This document shows, in pieces, positions 46,820 through 57,661 of a stretch of 64,000 bases of DNA. The position numbers were made by a program, and so were the translations under genes. Under the pieces are notes generated by a model that ran no database searches, had not been told where the DNA came from, and saw nothing but the letters and a program-made list of their open reading frames with translations. This DNA comes from Candidatus Levyibacteriota bacterium. Its GTDB lineage: Bacteria; Patescibacteriota; Microgenomatia; Levybacterales; GWA1-39-11. The stretch's first letter is position 1. Each line of letters opens with the position of its first letter. The stretch lies in the NCBI GenBank assembly GCA_039738415.1, contig JBCLLY010000001.1, forward strand, positions 53,621 through 117,620. The letters run 5' to 3'.

Positions 46820-48031
46820 ATGGTTAAACATATAAAAAACCCTATCTTCAGTACACTTTTAGTGATTGCACTGATTACTGCTGTTGCTTTGGGCGCAATC
46901 GCATATGGAAGAGGATATCGGGTAACCCGCGATGAGAACGGACGAAATATTGTGGCGGGAACAGGGCTTTTGGTTGTGACATCAGTACCTGATGGCGCCC
47001 GCGCATTTGTAGACGGTAAGCTAACTACGGCAACAGATAATACGATAAATCTCAAGCCGGGCAAATATAGCGTTAAAATCGAAAAGGACGGTTATTTTCC
47101 CTGGGAAAAGCAAATAGAAATAACAAATGAACGTGTAACCGAAACAAACGCTCTCCTATTTCCCAAAGCACCTCAACTTACAAATCTTACCACGACAGGC
47201 GTAAAAAATCCCGTTACAGACAAGGACAGACGCATTATCGCCTACACTGTTGCTTCCGCTTCTTCTGAGCTAAATGGTATATATACTTTGAATTTAAATC
47301 GCGGCATAATTCCTATCGGAAGTGCGAGACGGCAGCTCGCAAATAATCTTATCGATAATTTTTCTGAAGCAAAATTAGAGGTTTCACCCGATGGGCTAAG
47401 AATTCTTGCAACAATTAAATCAGAATTAACAGGCTCTGACAGAACTTATATTTTAAACACTAATGAATTTAACTCCTCTCCTTTACTTATCACTGCAACT
47501 GCACAAAATTTAAGAGATGAATGGAGACTGGAGGAGGAAAAAATTTACAGCGGTAAGATTAGATCTCTACCTAGAAAAACACAAGAAATATTTAACGCTT
47601 ATATTACATTTCCTCTTTTTTCACCCGAAGAAGATAAGGTTCTTTACATAGCGTCCATTAGCGGTAACCTATTACCAACGGTTAATCCGCCAATCCCAAG
47701 CACAAATTCAACCCCCGAAACAAGAAGCTTAGTTGAAGGAAATGTATATATTTACGACATAAAAGATGACAAAAACTATTTATTAAAGGAAAAAGGCGAT
47801 AATCCTTTTCCTAAATTTATTTGGCATCCCGGAAATAGACACTTATATTACATAGAAGGAAATCGTATAAACTCTATTGAATACGACAGATCAAATATCA
47901 CAACTATTTACGCAGGACCATTTCTAAATAACTTCATAACTCCTTGGGCGGATGGAACAGGACTTGTAATCTTAACCAGCTTTAATGACCCGAGTATCCC
48001 ACCAAATCTCTACAGGCTGATTTTTAGATAA
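46820..48031 (+). CDS. PEGA domain-containing membrane-anchored protein
   Basis: N-terminal TM; LLVVTSVPDGARAFVDGKLTTATDNTINLKPGKYSVKIEKDGYFPWEKQIEI is a PEGA domain. Confidence 0.55.
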   Translation: MVKHIKNPIFSTLLVIALITAVALGAIAYGRGYRVTRDENGRNIVAGTGLLVVTSVPDGARAFVDGKLTTATDNTINLKPGKYSVKIEKDGYFPWEKQIEITNERVTETNALLFPKAPQLTNLTTTGVKNPVTDKDRRIIAYTVASASSELNGIYTLNLNRGIIPIGSARRQLANNLIDNFSEAKLEVSPDGLRILATIKSELTGSDRTYILNTNEFNSSPLLITATAQNLRDEWRLEEEKIYSGKIRSLPRKTQEIFNAYITFPLFSPEEDKVLYIASISGNLLPTVNPPIPSTNSTPETRSLVEGNVYIYDIKDDKNYLLKEKGDNPFPKFIWHPGNRHLYYIEGNRINSIEYDRSNITTIYAGPFLNNFITPWADGTGLVILTSFNDPSIPPNLYRLIFR

Positions 48032-48091
48032 TTCGGTTTAAGAGGGCACTCCCCGCTTGCTACTTTTGTAAAAATGCGGAATACTTAATAT

Positions 48092-48946
48092 ATGAAAAAA
48101 ATCCTGTTTTATATATTTTCTGTGGCTTTGGTTTTTACGAATAATACTTCTTTTGCCCAAACACTTCTCCCCGAACACGCGCAGTCCGAACCGGTCATAG
48201 TCAAAGCAACAATTGGAGAATTCTATCTCAATATAACGGCCTACCAGTCTCCTAACGCATCTATCGTAATAGAAACTGTAAGTAGCATATTTCTCGCCTC
48301 CACAACCGCAGATGGAAACGGATACTTCGGATTTTCCAACATCTTAATTACGCAGGATTTTCCGGGATTTTGTTTTAGAGCAATAGATTTTAGAAGAATT
48401 GGAGAATCCGAATCATGCGTAGAAATTAAGGAGATAATAACCGAGGATAAGAAGTACTCAGATATATTTCTTCCTCCTACGATAGGGCTGTCGAAAAAAT
48501 TAATCCTTGCCGGAGAGAACGCTCAGATATTTGGATATTCGATGCCCTATGCAGCAGTTGCTATAAATTTTGAAAAAGAAACCATAACTCTTCAGGCAGA
48601 TGAAACAGGATACTATGAATACATTTTTGAAAATGCACCGGCGGGAGTTTATGCTTTTTCGTCTAGGGCAAAACTGCAAGAAGTTGACTCGCTTGAACCC
48701 AAAAACAAAGCAATACTTGAGGTAATAACCCCTCAGGAGCAGATAAGACAAGACATCACGGGATTTTTGGAAGATGTAGAGAAAAAATTTCCGGGAGCGC
48801 TTATTTTTGCTGCTCTTCTAATTATTTTGCTAGCGCTTCTTATAGCACTTATTTGGAAAACAAAGCCTAGATTTATTTACGCATTCTTTGACAAATTCAA
48901 GAAAAAATACCCAATGCACCACGACTACTTTTTGTTCAAACAATAG
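48092..48946 (+). CDS. secreted protein with C-terminal TM anchor (hypothetical)
   Basis: Signal peptide and C-terminal hydrophobic segment ALIFAALLIILLALLIALIW. Confidence 0.4.
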   Translation: MKKILFYIFSVALVFTNNTSFAQTLLPEHAQSEPVIVKATIGEFYLNITAYQSPNASIVIETVSSIFLASTTADGNGYFGFSNILITQDFPGFCFRAIDFRRIGESESCVEIKEIITEDKKYSDIFLPPTIGLSKKLILAGENAQIFGYSMPYAAVAINFEKETITLQADETGYYEYIFENAPAGVYAFSSRAKLQEVDSLEPKNKAILEVITPQEQIRQDITGFLEDVEKKFPGALIFAALLIILLALLIALIWKTKPRFIYAFFDKFKKKYPMHHDYFLFKQ

Positions 48947-48973
48947 GTTGGTAGAAAGTAGCATGTAGTATGG

Positions 48974-49165
48974 AGTATTCAGTATTCAGTATTCAGTATT
49001 CAGTATTCAGTATTTAGTATTCAGTATCCATGATTCATTATTCATGATTCATTATTCATTATTCAGTCTTCAGTATTCATGATTCATTATTCATGATTCA
49101 TGATTCATTATTCAGTATTCATGATTCATTATTCATGATTCAGTCTTCACCATCCACCATCTACA
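48974..49165. repeat. heptamer tandem array (ATTCAGT/ATTCATG/ATTCATT), about 27 units
   Basis: Read directly. Confidence 0.85.
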
Positions 49166-49231
49166 AGTCTCTCTTCCCTCCGCCAGCTGGCGGATTGTAG
49201 CTAGTATCAGTTATAAGTTAATTTCACCGTT

Positions 49232-49310
49232 GTCATTCTGGAGGAAACGCAGTGACCGATAGAATCTAAAGATTCTGTAGAGATCCTGAAATAAATTCAG
49301 GATGACGAGG
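49232..49310. repeat. REP-like element (GTCATTCTGG...TTCAGGATGAC); the reverse complement of the copy at 52522-52600
   Basis: Near-identical inverted copies sit upstream of the paralogous genes 49422 and 52684. Confidence 0.75.
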
Positions 49311-49381
49311 GGGGTTTTTAGGATGACTACATCAATTATCTATCTTCCCTCTTCCCTCTTCCCTAATACCCAATAATGTGC

Positions 49382-49410
49382 TTGACATTTATAGAATAAG
49401 TGTCTTTAAT
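49382..49410 (+). promoter_or_regulatory. sigma70-like promoter TTGACA-17bp-TTTAAT
   Basis: Same architecture as the promoters of the 22415/23679 paralogs. Confidence 0.45.
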
Positions 49411-49421
49411 AATAACTAGGT

Positions 49422-50978
49422 ATGATTATTGGAAATTATTCCGTTTATAAAGCTTCTCTTATTTTTAGCTTAACAGCTGGATTTCTTTTGTTTCTTTACC
49501 TAATTACGCCCAAAGCCTACGCCGCGAATCTTCTTAATTCCAGCAATACCATTACAACCTCACGTCCTTCAGCCTCATCTCCGTTTTTCGTGAATGCCGC
49601 AACAGGTGACACACTTGCATCAATTTATAATAACGGCTCGTTTTATCTTGCTTCAGACTCCGCAAAGACTATTAAAAGCTTTACAGGAAGCTATACTGAC
49701 GTAGGAACAATTGTCGCTTCACAGTCTGCAGCTCTTACTACGGTATATTTTGGCGAGACACTCGGCGTCGCCGCATTTAAAGATGCTGACGTTCTAGTTG
49801 TACCTATATCCGCAAGACATAAAATTCAATTTACCATTCCTACTACAATTCCAAATACCGGAGATATAATAATAACTTTCCCATCGCTTGCAACTGGCGA
49901 TGCAAATAACGAAGCATCCCCTTCTGCAAGCACTTTCCAGTTCAATAATATGGATGCAAATGATGGAACGCTTATTAAAATTCTCGATGATAATACTGAC
50001 ATCACTGCAAATACAACTATCTCTGCGACTAATCCTTCAGGGGTTGGAGATGGTCCTGATATAAATATTACGATAGATACTGGAACTATCGCAGCAGGAA
50101 GCTTAGTTGAAATATTTATAGGGTGCACGACTGTTGCGGCCGGTGACTGCACAGTATCAACACCCACTCTAATAAATCCTACAAAATCTGCAGTTGCAGG
50201 AACCGCTGATGTTTGGAAAATAAATGTTCAAACAAGAGATGATAGTGATATTAACCTAGACAATGCTACGATAGCTATCGGTACGATAGACTCAGTCGCA
50301 GTTAGAGCGACTGTCGACCCCACTCTTTCATTTACCATAGTAGGACTTGCAAATGGCGACCAGGTAAATTTAGGAAATACAGATGGATGTCTGCAGGCCG
50401 AAACAACAAATACAGGGATACCCGCTACTGCTACTGAGGTAAATTTAGGTCTTCTTTTAGATCCTCCCGGAACCGATGTAAAAATAAGAAGTATCGCAGC
50501 ACAAAGGATAAATATCAGCACAAATGGTGCTGGAGGATATGCTCTAACTGCGACCAGCTCAGGCACACTGATAAATCCTTCTACCGGATTTTTCCTAGAA
50601 TCATCCACCACACCAACAGCTTTCCCTGCGGCAACTGATTGGTTCGGAATTCATGCCTGTGGACTAGACACGTATGGAGGGGGTATTTCAACCACTTTTT
50701 GGAATACTACAGCAACAAACACCGAATGTGGGACCTGCGTTACGGGCTCAGGTTCTTGTCCTGACGCAGCAGGCCCGGGTACAAATATATGTAAATATGG
50801 ATGGCCTACCCAGGCCTCAGCATTAACTCTCGCATCTGATACTACTGGGCCTATTGGAAATACCGTAGCTCTAGGAAACGGCATAATTTCTGTTGCATAC
50901 GCCGGCACTGTTGATGCTCTTATTCCTCCAGGTGAATACAGAACAGTTATTACTTATGTCGCGACACCGACGTTTTGA
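49422..50978 (+). CDS. Thr-rich secreted surface protein (family member; C-terminal ...PGEYRTVITYVATPTF)
   Basis: Signal peptide; shares sequence blocks with 52684..54177. Confidence 0.55.
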   Translation: MIIGNYSVYKASLIFSLTAGFLLFLYLITPKAYAANLLNSSNTITTSRPSASSPFFVNAATGDTLASIYNNGSFYLASDSAKTIKSFTGSYTDVGTIVASQSAALTTVYFGETLGVAAFKDADVLVVPISARHKIQFTIPTTIPNTGDIIITFPSLATGDANNEASPSASTFQFNNMDANDGTLIKILDDNTDITANTTISATNPSGVGDGPDINITIDTGTIAAGSLVEIFIGCTTVAAGDCTVSTPTLINPTKSAVAGTADVWKINVQTRDDSDINLDNATIAIGTIDSVAVRATVDPTLSFTIVGLANGDQVNLGNTDGCLQAETTNTGIPATATEVNLGLLLDPPGTDVKIRSIAAQRINISTNGAGGYALTATSSGTLINPSTGFFLESSTTPTAFPAATDWFGIHACGLDTYGGGISTTFWNTTATNTECGTCVTGSGSCPDAAGPGTNICKYGWPTQASALTLASDTTGPIGNTVALGNGIISVAYAGTVDALIPPGEYRTVITYVATPTF

Positions 50979-51081
50979 GTTAGTGATTAGTGATTGATAA
51001 ATTTAATAAGTAAGTAGTATATTTAGATATACAGCACAATATAACAATAAAACAATTTAACAATATAGCAATTTAATTAAT

Positions 51082-52062
51082 ATGAAAAGGTCTGTCCAAA
51101 CGAAACACTTTCTAAAAATCAGCCTACCGGCTATTCTTATTTCTTTTTTTCTAGTCGCAATAGCACAGATTGCTCTCGCTCAAACCACTCCAACCAGAAG
51201 CATCGTAATCTCCCCGCCTACAATTGAGCATACTCTAAATCCTGGAGAAAGAGCTGAGGGGATTTTGAAGGTCACAAACAGCGGAAATACAGATCTTGCT
51301 TTCGGAGCAAATATACACGATTTTATAGTTGAGGATAAAAACGGAACACCTGTCATTCTTACTACAGATAAATTATCTGAAAAATATTCCGGCGCATCGT
51401 GGATAGCTGTTACTCCAAAAACATTTACTGTTCCCGCCGGAACAACAAAAGAGATCAACTATTATCTTCAAGTTCCCCTCGATGCTGCTCCCGGAGGACG
51501 TTATGCTGCCGCAATTTATGAACCAATTGACATAATTAGAGTCGAGGGTACCGGCGCCGGAGTTAATACACAATTAGGGTCACTTTTTTACATAACTGTC
51601 GCAGGACCGGTGACGGAAAGCGCGCAAGTCGAGCTTTTTTCAGCTCCTCCATTCTCGGAATATCCACCGGTAAAGATTTTTACAGAAATAAGCAATAACA
51701 GCGATGTGCATATAAAACCAAGTGGCAATATCGTAATTAAAAATATGTTTGGTCAGGAAATTGCCAGACAAACTTTTTCCGGAGGAAATATATTTCCAGA
51801 GGCAAATCTAAGATATACAAATGAATTCTTTTCAGACTCAAATTTTAAAATAGGCCGCTATACTGCTGAGCTTTCCGCGATATACGGACAGGATAACAAT
51901 CTACCTCTTTTTGCAACACTTAGCTTCATAATTTTCCCCTGGAAAGTCGCACTGGTACTAGTACTAATCGCGTCAATCTCAGTAGTCGCATTCTTACTAT
52001 TCAAAAGGAAGAAGAACAAAAAAGACACAAAACCATCTGAAACCCCAACGCCACGGGGATAG
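51082..52062 (+). CDS. DUF916/CscA-like cell-surface protein (paralog)
   Basis: ...ASWIAVTP...GGRYAAAIY..., C-terminal TM plus KRKKNKK tail. Confidence 0.45.
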   Translation: MKRSVQTKHFLKISLPAILISFFLVAIAQIALAQTTPTRSIVISPPTIEHTLNPGERAEGILKVTNSGNTDLAFGANIHDFIVEDKNGTPVILTTDKLSEKYSGASWIAVTPKTFTVPAGTTKEINYYLQVPLDAAPGGRYAAAIYEPIDIIRVEGTGAGVNTQLGSLFYITVAGPVTESAQVELFSAPPFSEYPPVKIFTEISNNSDVHIKPSGNIVIKNMFGQEIARQTFSGGNIFPEANLRYTNEFFSDSNFKIGRYTAELSAIYGQDNNLPLFATLSFIIFPWKVALVLVLIASISVVAFLLFKRKKNKKDTKPSETPTPRG

Positions 52063-52065
52063 GTA

Positions 52066-52318
52066 AGTATTCAGTATTCAGTATTCAGTATTCAGTATTC
52101 ATGATTCAGTATTCATGATTCATTATTCAGTCTTAAGTATTCAGTATTCAGTATTCAGTCATCAGTCTTCAGTCTTCAGTATTCATGATTCATGATTCAT
52201 GATTCAGTCTTCAGTATTCATGATTCATGATTCATGATTCAGTCTTCAGTATTCATGATTCATTATTCATGATTCATTATTCATTATTCATGATTCATTA
52301 TTCAGTATTGAGTCTTAA
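52066..52318. repeat. heptamer tandem array, about 36 units
   Basis: Read directly. Confidence 0.85.
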
Positions 52319-52444
52319 GGGTATTCAGAAGTTAAGCAAACAATTTTCAATTTGAAATTTAAAATTTTAAATCAATTTAAAATGCTTAAAAATTAAAATA
52401 AAACTGTCATTGTGAGTGTTTCCCTTGTCATGCTAGAACTATTT

Positions 52445-52600
52445 ATAAGTCATCCTGAACCCCCCCCGTCATCCTGAAAACTCCTCTCGTCATCCTGAAC
52501 CCCCCCCGTCATCCTGAATTTATTTCAGGATCTCTACAGAATTTTTAGATTCTATCGGCTCTTCGAGCCTCCAGAATGACAACGGTGAAGTCGTCAGCTA
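52445..52600. repeat. REP-like cluster: four tandem CGTCATCCTGAA units followed by a full GTCATCCTGAA...CCAGAATGAC element
   Basis: Read directly. The spacing is too short and the units too small for a CRISPR array. Confidence 0.7.
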
Positions 52601-52683
52601 AAAATTATTTGACAATGTTCACTATTTATGCGCAAAATAAGTCAGGCCTTCCGCCAACTGGCGGATTTAGGTTTTATTTTTAT

Positions 52684-54177
52684 ATGCACCAAAAGATCTT
52701 ATTTAAATTTTTTCTAAGCTTATCAGGCTTTATAGCTTTATTTTTGGCAAATAACGAGGTCTACGCCGCGGATTTGGTAAATGCCAGCAATACCATCACA
52801 ACCTCACGTCCTTCAGCCTCATCTCCGTTCTTAGCAGACGCTGCCTCCGGTGATACACTTGCGTCAATATTTAATAACGGCTCTTTTTATCTTGCTTCAG
52901 ACTCCGCTCAAACCCGTCAAGGAGGTACTGGTACGCTTATGGATACTGGCACCATAATCTCTTCCCAGTCTGCAGCACTCACTACAGTGTATTTTGGGGA
53001 ACAGCTAGGCGTCGCAGCGGGCGCAAATGCAGATGTCCTAATCGTACCAATTACGGCAATGCATAGAATCCGATTTACTATTCCTACCGAAATTCCAGCT
53101 AACGGAGATATTGTTATTACTTTCCCATCGCTTGCCACGGGCGATGCAAATAACGAAGCATCCCCTTCTGCAAGCACTTTCCAGTTCAATAATATGGATG
53201 CAAATGATGGAACCCTAATACAAATCGTTGATGATGGAACAAATATAGATGCCTCGACAACACCTACCGCAACTAACTCTACAGGGGATGGAGATGGTCC
53301 TGATATACATATTGCAACTACATCAATTATTGCGGCAGGGAGCGTTGTTGATATATATATCGGATGCTCAGCTGCAATTACTTCCTGCTCTGCGCAAGTC
53401 CCCACTCTAATAAATCCTACAAAAACAGCAGTCGCGGGAACCGCTAATGTTTGGAAAATAAATGTTCAAACAAGAGATGCTACCGACGTTAACCTAGATA
53501 ATGCAACAATAGCTGTCGGTACGATAGACTCAGTCGCAGTTAGAGCGACTGTCGACCCCACTCTTTCATTTACAATTACCGGAGTAAATAACGGACTGGC
53601 GGTAAATACCGGAAATACAACAGGATGTTTGCAAACAGAAACAACAAACGCGGGCGCGGCTTCCACTTCAACCGAGGTAAATCTGGGGCTTCTTGCCAAC
53701 GCTCCATCCGGAACAGATGTCAAGGTAGGAAATATAGCAACACAAAGGATAAATATCAGCACAAATGGAGCTGGAGGATATGTTCTAACTGCAACTTCTT
53801 CCGGTCAGCTTATAAATCCTGCAACCGGATTTTTCCTAGCTTCAGCAACAACTCCTACTGCTTTTCCTGCAAGCGGAGCTGATTGGTTTGGAATTCACGC
53901 ATGCGGATTGGACGTGACAACCGCTACGTGGAACTCTACTGCAAGCACTGCATGCAATACTTATATTTCAGGCTCAACAGATCCTATTTGCCTTTATGGT
54001 TGGCCTACCCAAACAACCGCAGTTACGCTTGCTTCAGACGCCACAGGACCGGTGGGAAATTCTCTCACTGCCGGAAATGGAGTTGTCTCTGTTGCTTACG
54101 CAGCTGCAACTGACGCTGGCGTACCCCCTGGAGAATACAGGACTGTTATAACTTACGTTGCAACGCCGGCATTCTAG
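52684..54177 (+). CDS. Thr-rich secreted surface protein (paralog of 49422)
   Basis: Start placed at ATG before the signal peptide (MHQKILFKFFLSLSGFIALFLA). The track ORF begins at 52576 inside the REP element. Confidence 0.5.
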   Translation: MHQKILFKFFLSLSGFIALFLANNEVYAADLVNASNTITTSRPSASSPFLADAASGDTLASIFNNGSFYLASDSAQTRQGGTGTLMDTGTIISSQSAALTTVYFGEQLGVAAGANADVLIVPITAMHRIRFTIPTEIPANGDIVITFPSLATGDANNEASPSASTFQFNNMDANDGTLIQIVDDGTNIDASTTPTATNSTGDGDGPDIHIATTSIIAAGSVVDIYIGCSAAITSCSAQVPTLINPTKTAVAGTANVWKINVQTRDATDVNLDNATIAVGTIDSVAVRATVDPTLSFTITGVNNGLAVNTGNTTGCLQTETTNAGAASTSTEVNLGLLANAPSGTDVKVGNIATQRINISTNGAGGYVLTATSSGQLINPATGFFLASATTPTAFPASGADWFGIHACGLDVTTATWNSTASTACNTYISGSTDPICLYGWPTQTTAVTLASDATGPVGNSLTAGNGVVSVAYAAATDAGVPPGEYRTVITYVATPAF

Positions 54178-54265
54178 AAGAGTTCAAAATTCAAAATGAA
54201 AAGTTCAAAATTGCAACTCAAAATTTAAAATTAACTTTTGACTTTGCACTTTTAACTTTGAACTT

Positions 54266-55987
54266 TTAATTGAGGTAATCTCGACTATTCATGCTATTTT
54301 CCGCTTGAATATCCTGCTTTTCCCGCACTCCTATCATAGGAATTTCAAATGTAACCTTTGTCCCGCGCCCCTGTTCTGATTCAAGGCTGATTTTACCACC
54401 GTGCGCCTCAACTATCGCCTTCGAGATATACAAACCTAACCCCGTTCCGCCCCCTCTATACTCAGAGCTTGTTTGATAAAATTTGGTAAATAATTTATCT
54501 TGAAGCGGTTTGGAAATTCCAACGCCATTATCCTCAACACAAACCCGGACGTTTTTACCCTCAACTAGGGTTGAAACTTTAATATTTCCGCCGTCATGAT
54601 TATATTTAATAGCATTTGACAGCAAATTATTCAAAACTTGCCCCATTCTAAGCGAATCTAAGGAAAAGACGGGCACATCCCCATCTTTTTCAAAAACCAA
54701 GCTTATATGGCGCTTTTCTGACAGAATTTTAAACATTTTAACGCGTTCCTCGATGATACTTATGATATCCGAAGGTTTCATTTCCGTTTGAAAACTCCCA
54801 CTCTGAATTCTGGCAGCATCAAGCAGCTGATTTACATCATTTAGCATACGCTCGGATGAAACCAGAATCGTCTCCATCATTTTTACTCTGTCCTCATTGT
54901 CAAGCTTATTTGAGCGCAGCAGTTCTGCACTTCCCCTAATTGAACTCAAAGGGGCTCTAAGCTCATGAACGACCATATTTGTGAAATTCTCCCTGAGGCG
55001 TTCTGCCTCATACTCCATCGTCACGTCTTGAATGGTGACTGCTACCCCAATTACGTTCAGAGTTGCGTTATCAAAAACAGGGTTAATGTATAGGTTAAAC
55101 CTCTTTTCGTATAACTCAATACCCCTAAACAGCTTCATTTGCTTCTTCTCCATTACGGCTCTTACCTCAGCAACCATATTACCCTCAAACTTAAATTGTG
55201 AAAGCACTATTTGAGCGTCCAGCGGACCATCCAGATGCAAAAAGGCTCTTGCCGCGTTATTTAGAGTTACTAACTTCAAATCTCCCTCTTTTTCTCTCAT
55301 AAAAAGTAAGGCTCCTGAAGAGAGAGAGAAAATAAGCGACTGAATTTTTCCCTTTTCGGTTTCTATAACATTTTCAAGCCGTCCTATCGCAAGTTGGCTC
55401 TGATTTACAATTTTATAAAGCAAACTCATATCTTTGTCCTGATAGACTTTTTCTTTTGGTGAGGTGATGGAAATAATTCCGACGAATTTGTTATTTAAAA
55501 CTAAAGGAATATTAAAATATGACTTGGGGACTATATCAGAAGATATATCATTATCAACCTCTGCATCTTTTTCTTCGAAAATTTGAGGTGGAATTTGGGT
55601 AATACTAAAGTGTTTTAGGCTGTCATCCAGCGCATACATAGAGTTAAGAACGATATTTTTTACCTCCTGCTGATATTTTTCAGATGCTACGCCGTAAATG
55701 AAGCTCTCAAATATCACTTGCGCGTCCTCTACTACAGCGTATGAAGCAGTCTTAAGTGGAAAAAGGCGCTTGGCGGTAAGTGCTATTGTCTTTGCAATAT
55801 CGCGGGTCTTAAGACTATATCCGATTTTATCATTTACCTCACGCAGTATATTTAACTCATAAAGCTGGCGCCCTAACTCTGCCTGCGTTTCTTTAAGTTT
55901 TTTGCGGTTTACCTCCCAGAGGAAAGAAAAAACTATAGCAAGTGAACCAAATAGAATAAGCGAAAGAAATAATAAAAGAATAAGCAT
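54266..55987 (-). CDS. sensor histidine kinase (TM, GAF/PAS-like, HisKA, HATPase_c)
   Basis: H-box HELRAPLSSIRG; N, G1 and G2 boxes (NLLSNAIKYN, DNGVGI, GGTGLGL). Confidence 0.8.
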   Translation of the reverse strand: MLILLLFLSLILFGSLAIVFSFLWEVNRKKLKETQAELGRQLYELNILREVNDKIGYSLKTRDIAKTIALTAKRLFPLKTASYAVVEDAQVIFESFIYGVASEKYQQEVKNIVLNSMYALDDSLKHFSITQIPPQIFEEKDAEVDNDISSDIVPKSYFNIPLVLNNKFVGIISITSPKEKVYQDKDMSLLYKIVNQSQLAIGRLENVIETEKGKIQSLIFSLSSGALLFMREKEGDLKLVTLNNAARAFLHLDGPLDAQIVLSQFKFEGNMVAEVRAVMEKKQMKLFRGIELYEKRFNLYINPVFDNATLNVIGVAVTIQDVTMEYEAERLRENFTNMVVHELRAPLSSIRGSAELLRSNKLDNEDRVKMMETILVSSERMLNDVNQLLDAARIQSGSFQTEMKPSDIISIIEERVKMFKILSEKRHISLVFEKDGDVPVFSLDSLRMGQVLNNLLSNAIKYNHDGGNIKVSTLVEGKNVRVCVEDNGVGISKPLQDKLFTKFYQTSSEYRGGGTGLGLYISKAIVEAHGGKISLESEQGRGTKVTFEIPMIGVREKQDIQAENSMNSRDYLN

Positions 55988-56100
55988 ACATTAGGTTAGC
56001 ACCTAATAGTATTTAGTATCAAGTATGGGGATATGGAGCCGCTTTGATAAGACTTTATACTACTTGATTTATTTCAATACATTGATACAATTGTATTGTA

Positions 56101-56336
56101 TGAGTAACTATGTAGTAACCAATATTAGACTTGCCGAAGAGGACTATTTGAGACTAAAGGAGGAAGCGGCAAGAGGAAGAAAAAGTTTTTCAGCTGTTAT
56201 CAGAGAGAAAATATCGATTAGAAAAGCCGATGATAACTATGCAGCAAAACTGTTGTCTGTAAGTGGTAATTGGTTTGATAAGTCTGAATATGATGCAAAT
56301 AGAACAGAACTTGATAAAAGGCTATCCTTTTCATGA
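56101..56336 (+). CDS. vapB: VapB-type antitoxin (ribbon-helix-helix-like)
   Basis: Small ORF overlapping vapC by 4 bp (ATGA). The perfect 12-bp palindrome ATACAATTGTAT sits at the start, a candidate operator. Start set at ATG MSNYVV. Confidence 0.45.
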
Positions 56337-56725
56337 AAAAAATACTGCTCGATACTTCAATCATCATAGATTTTCTCAGAAGAAAAGATAAAGAACATAG
56401 TCTTTTTTATGCTTTTGCAAAAATTAACACTCAATTTTATACTTCAATTATTACTCATTCAGAACTATATGCAGGTAAAAGTGTATGGACTGATACACAA
56501 GCACCAAAAGATCTTGAGTCTATATTTTCAGGGATTGAGCTGCTCCCTTTGCAGGAAAAAGTTTCAAAAAAAGCAGGTGAAATAAAAGCTACCACTGGTC
56601 TTGATCTCATTGATTCAATTATTGCAGCTACTGCAATAACAGCAAGTCTTCCTCTTCTTACCCTAAACATTAAGGATTTTAGAAAGGTTAAAGAACTTAT
56701 ACTTGAACTTCACCCAACTCTGTAA
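56333..56725 (+). CDS. vapC: PIN-domain toxin VapC
   Basis: MKKILLDTSIIIDFL... with PIN acidic residues; 130 aa. Confidence 0.7.
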   Translation: MKKILLDTSIIIDFLRRKDKEHSLFYAFAKINTQFYTSIITHSELYAGKSVWTDTQAPKDLESIFSGIELLPLQEKVSKKAGEIKATTGLDLIDSIIAATAITASLPLLTLNIKDFRKVKELILELHPTL

Positions 56726-57026
56726 TCATAAAACCAAAAAAACTCATGGCAAACGGAGTCGAAGAAATCTTCATTTTTCGAGGAAAGTCCGATAACTATT
56801 TCATAATGTCATTCTGGCGTAGACCAGAATCTATTTCCAAAACTGAACTCTATTCCCTTTTACTTATTCTCTATTACCTATCTGGGGTGTGGTGCCCCCG
56901 CCTTGTCCTTTCGGACGCGGCGGGGACGGATTTGAAAACGTGCCCTCCTTCGTCCCGCTAAGCGGGACTATGGCGGGCTAAGCAGGTCATGCGGCATTTG
57001 CCCCGCTTTCCGAGGCGTGCTTGGCT

Positions 57027-57242
57027 CTATAACGAGCCGGATGCTTTGGATCCGAACTGCTCAACCTGAACTTTTCCATACTCGCGAAGGTGTCTTGGCT
57101 TGAGTTTGCCTTTTTCAAGCAATATAGCAAGCTTTTTCAAGTCCCTTCTGAGCTGAAACGGACAAGTTCCGGATGCCCGCGTAGGGAGTTCACCAGGGCG
57201 GACTTCCAACGATTGAACCACAGAAGTTTTCTGGGCGTTCAT
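57027..57242 (-). CDS. hypothetical small protein in GC-rich islet
   Basis: 71-aa ORF; flanked by the repeat GCCCCGCTTTCCGRGGCGTGCTTG. Confidence 0.25.
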   Translation of the reverse strand: MNAQKTSVVQSLEVRPGELPTRASGTCPFQLRRDLKKLAILLEKGKLKPRHLREYGKVQVEQFGSKASGSL

Positions 57243-57361
57243 GGTATTTCCTCCTTCTAGCCTTTCCAGGCACTTGTACCCTTCGGCGAGCCTCAGGGTT
57301 TGGGTGTGAATCTAGGCTTTTTAGGGGTTCAACCCATAATAGGGGTTGAACCCCTATATTG

Positions 57362-57661
57362 TCACCGCTGATCTAGTGGGGCAGCGTAACCTCTCAAGTC
57401 GGCACCATCTATAAAGATGCTTTCAAGATTAAGCCTTGCTTTTAAAAGCCGCTCACGGACTTCATCGGAATTATCCTTTTCGGAGGCAGCAAGCGCAGCC
57501 AAATACCCGATAATGGCCTTCTGAAGCTTGCGCTTCTCTGCTTTTGCTTTCACTGCTTGATACAACCGAAAATTCGGCAAAACCTCACCAAGATCGATAC
57601 GCGCTAGGAGTTGTCGGCGAATCTCCTCACGATATTCTTCAGATGACTTACTGGTTGCCAT
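57362..57661 (-). CDS. hypothetical small protein in GC-rich islet
   Basis: 99-aa ORF; same flanking repeat upstream (57680-57702). Confidence 0.3.
   Translation of the reverse strand: MATSKSSEEYREEIRRQLLARIDLGEVLPNFRLYQAVKAKAEKRKLQKAIIGYLAALAASEKDNSDEVRERLLKARLNLESIFIDGADLRGYAAPLDQR

Noticed and set aside
52445-52520. CRISPR-like array (CGTCATCCTGAA repeated 4 times).
   Set aside because: Repeat of 12 bp with 7-10-bp spacers is far below CRISPR dimensions. No cas genes. It belongs to the REP family.
56746-56961. Plus-strand 71-aa ORF after vapC. 57724-57972 is a similar case.
   Set aside because: It spans a REP unit (56805) and a CCCGCTAAGCGGG hairpin. There is no SD and the composition is atypical.
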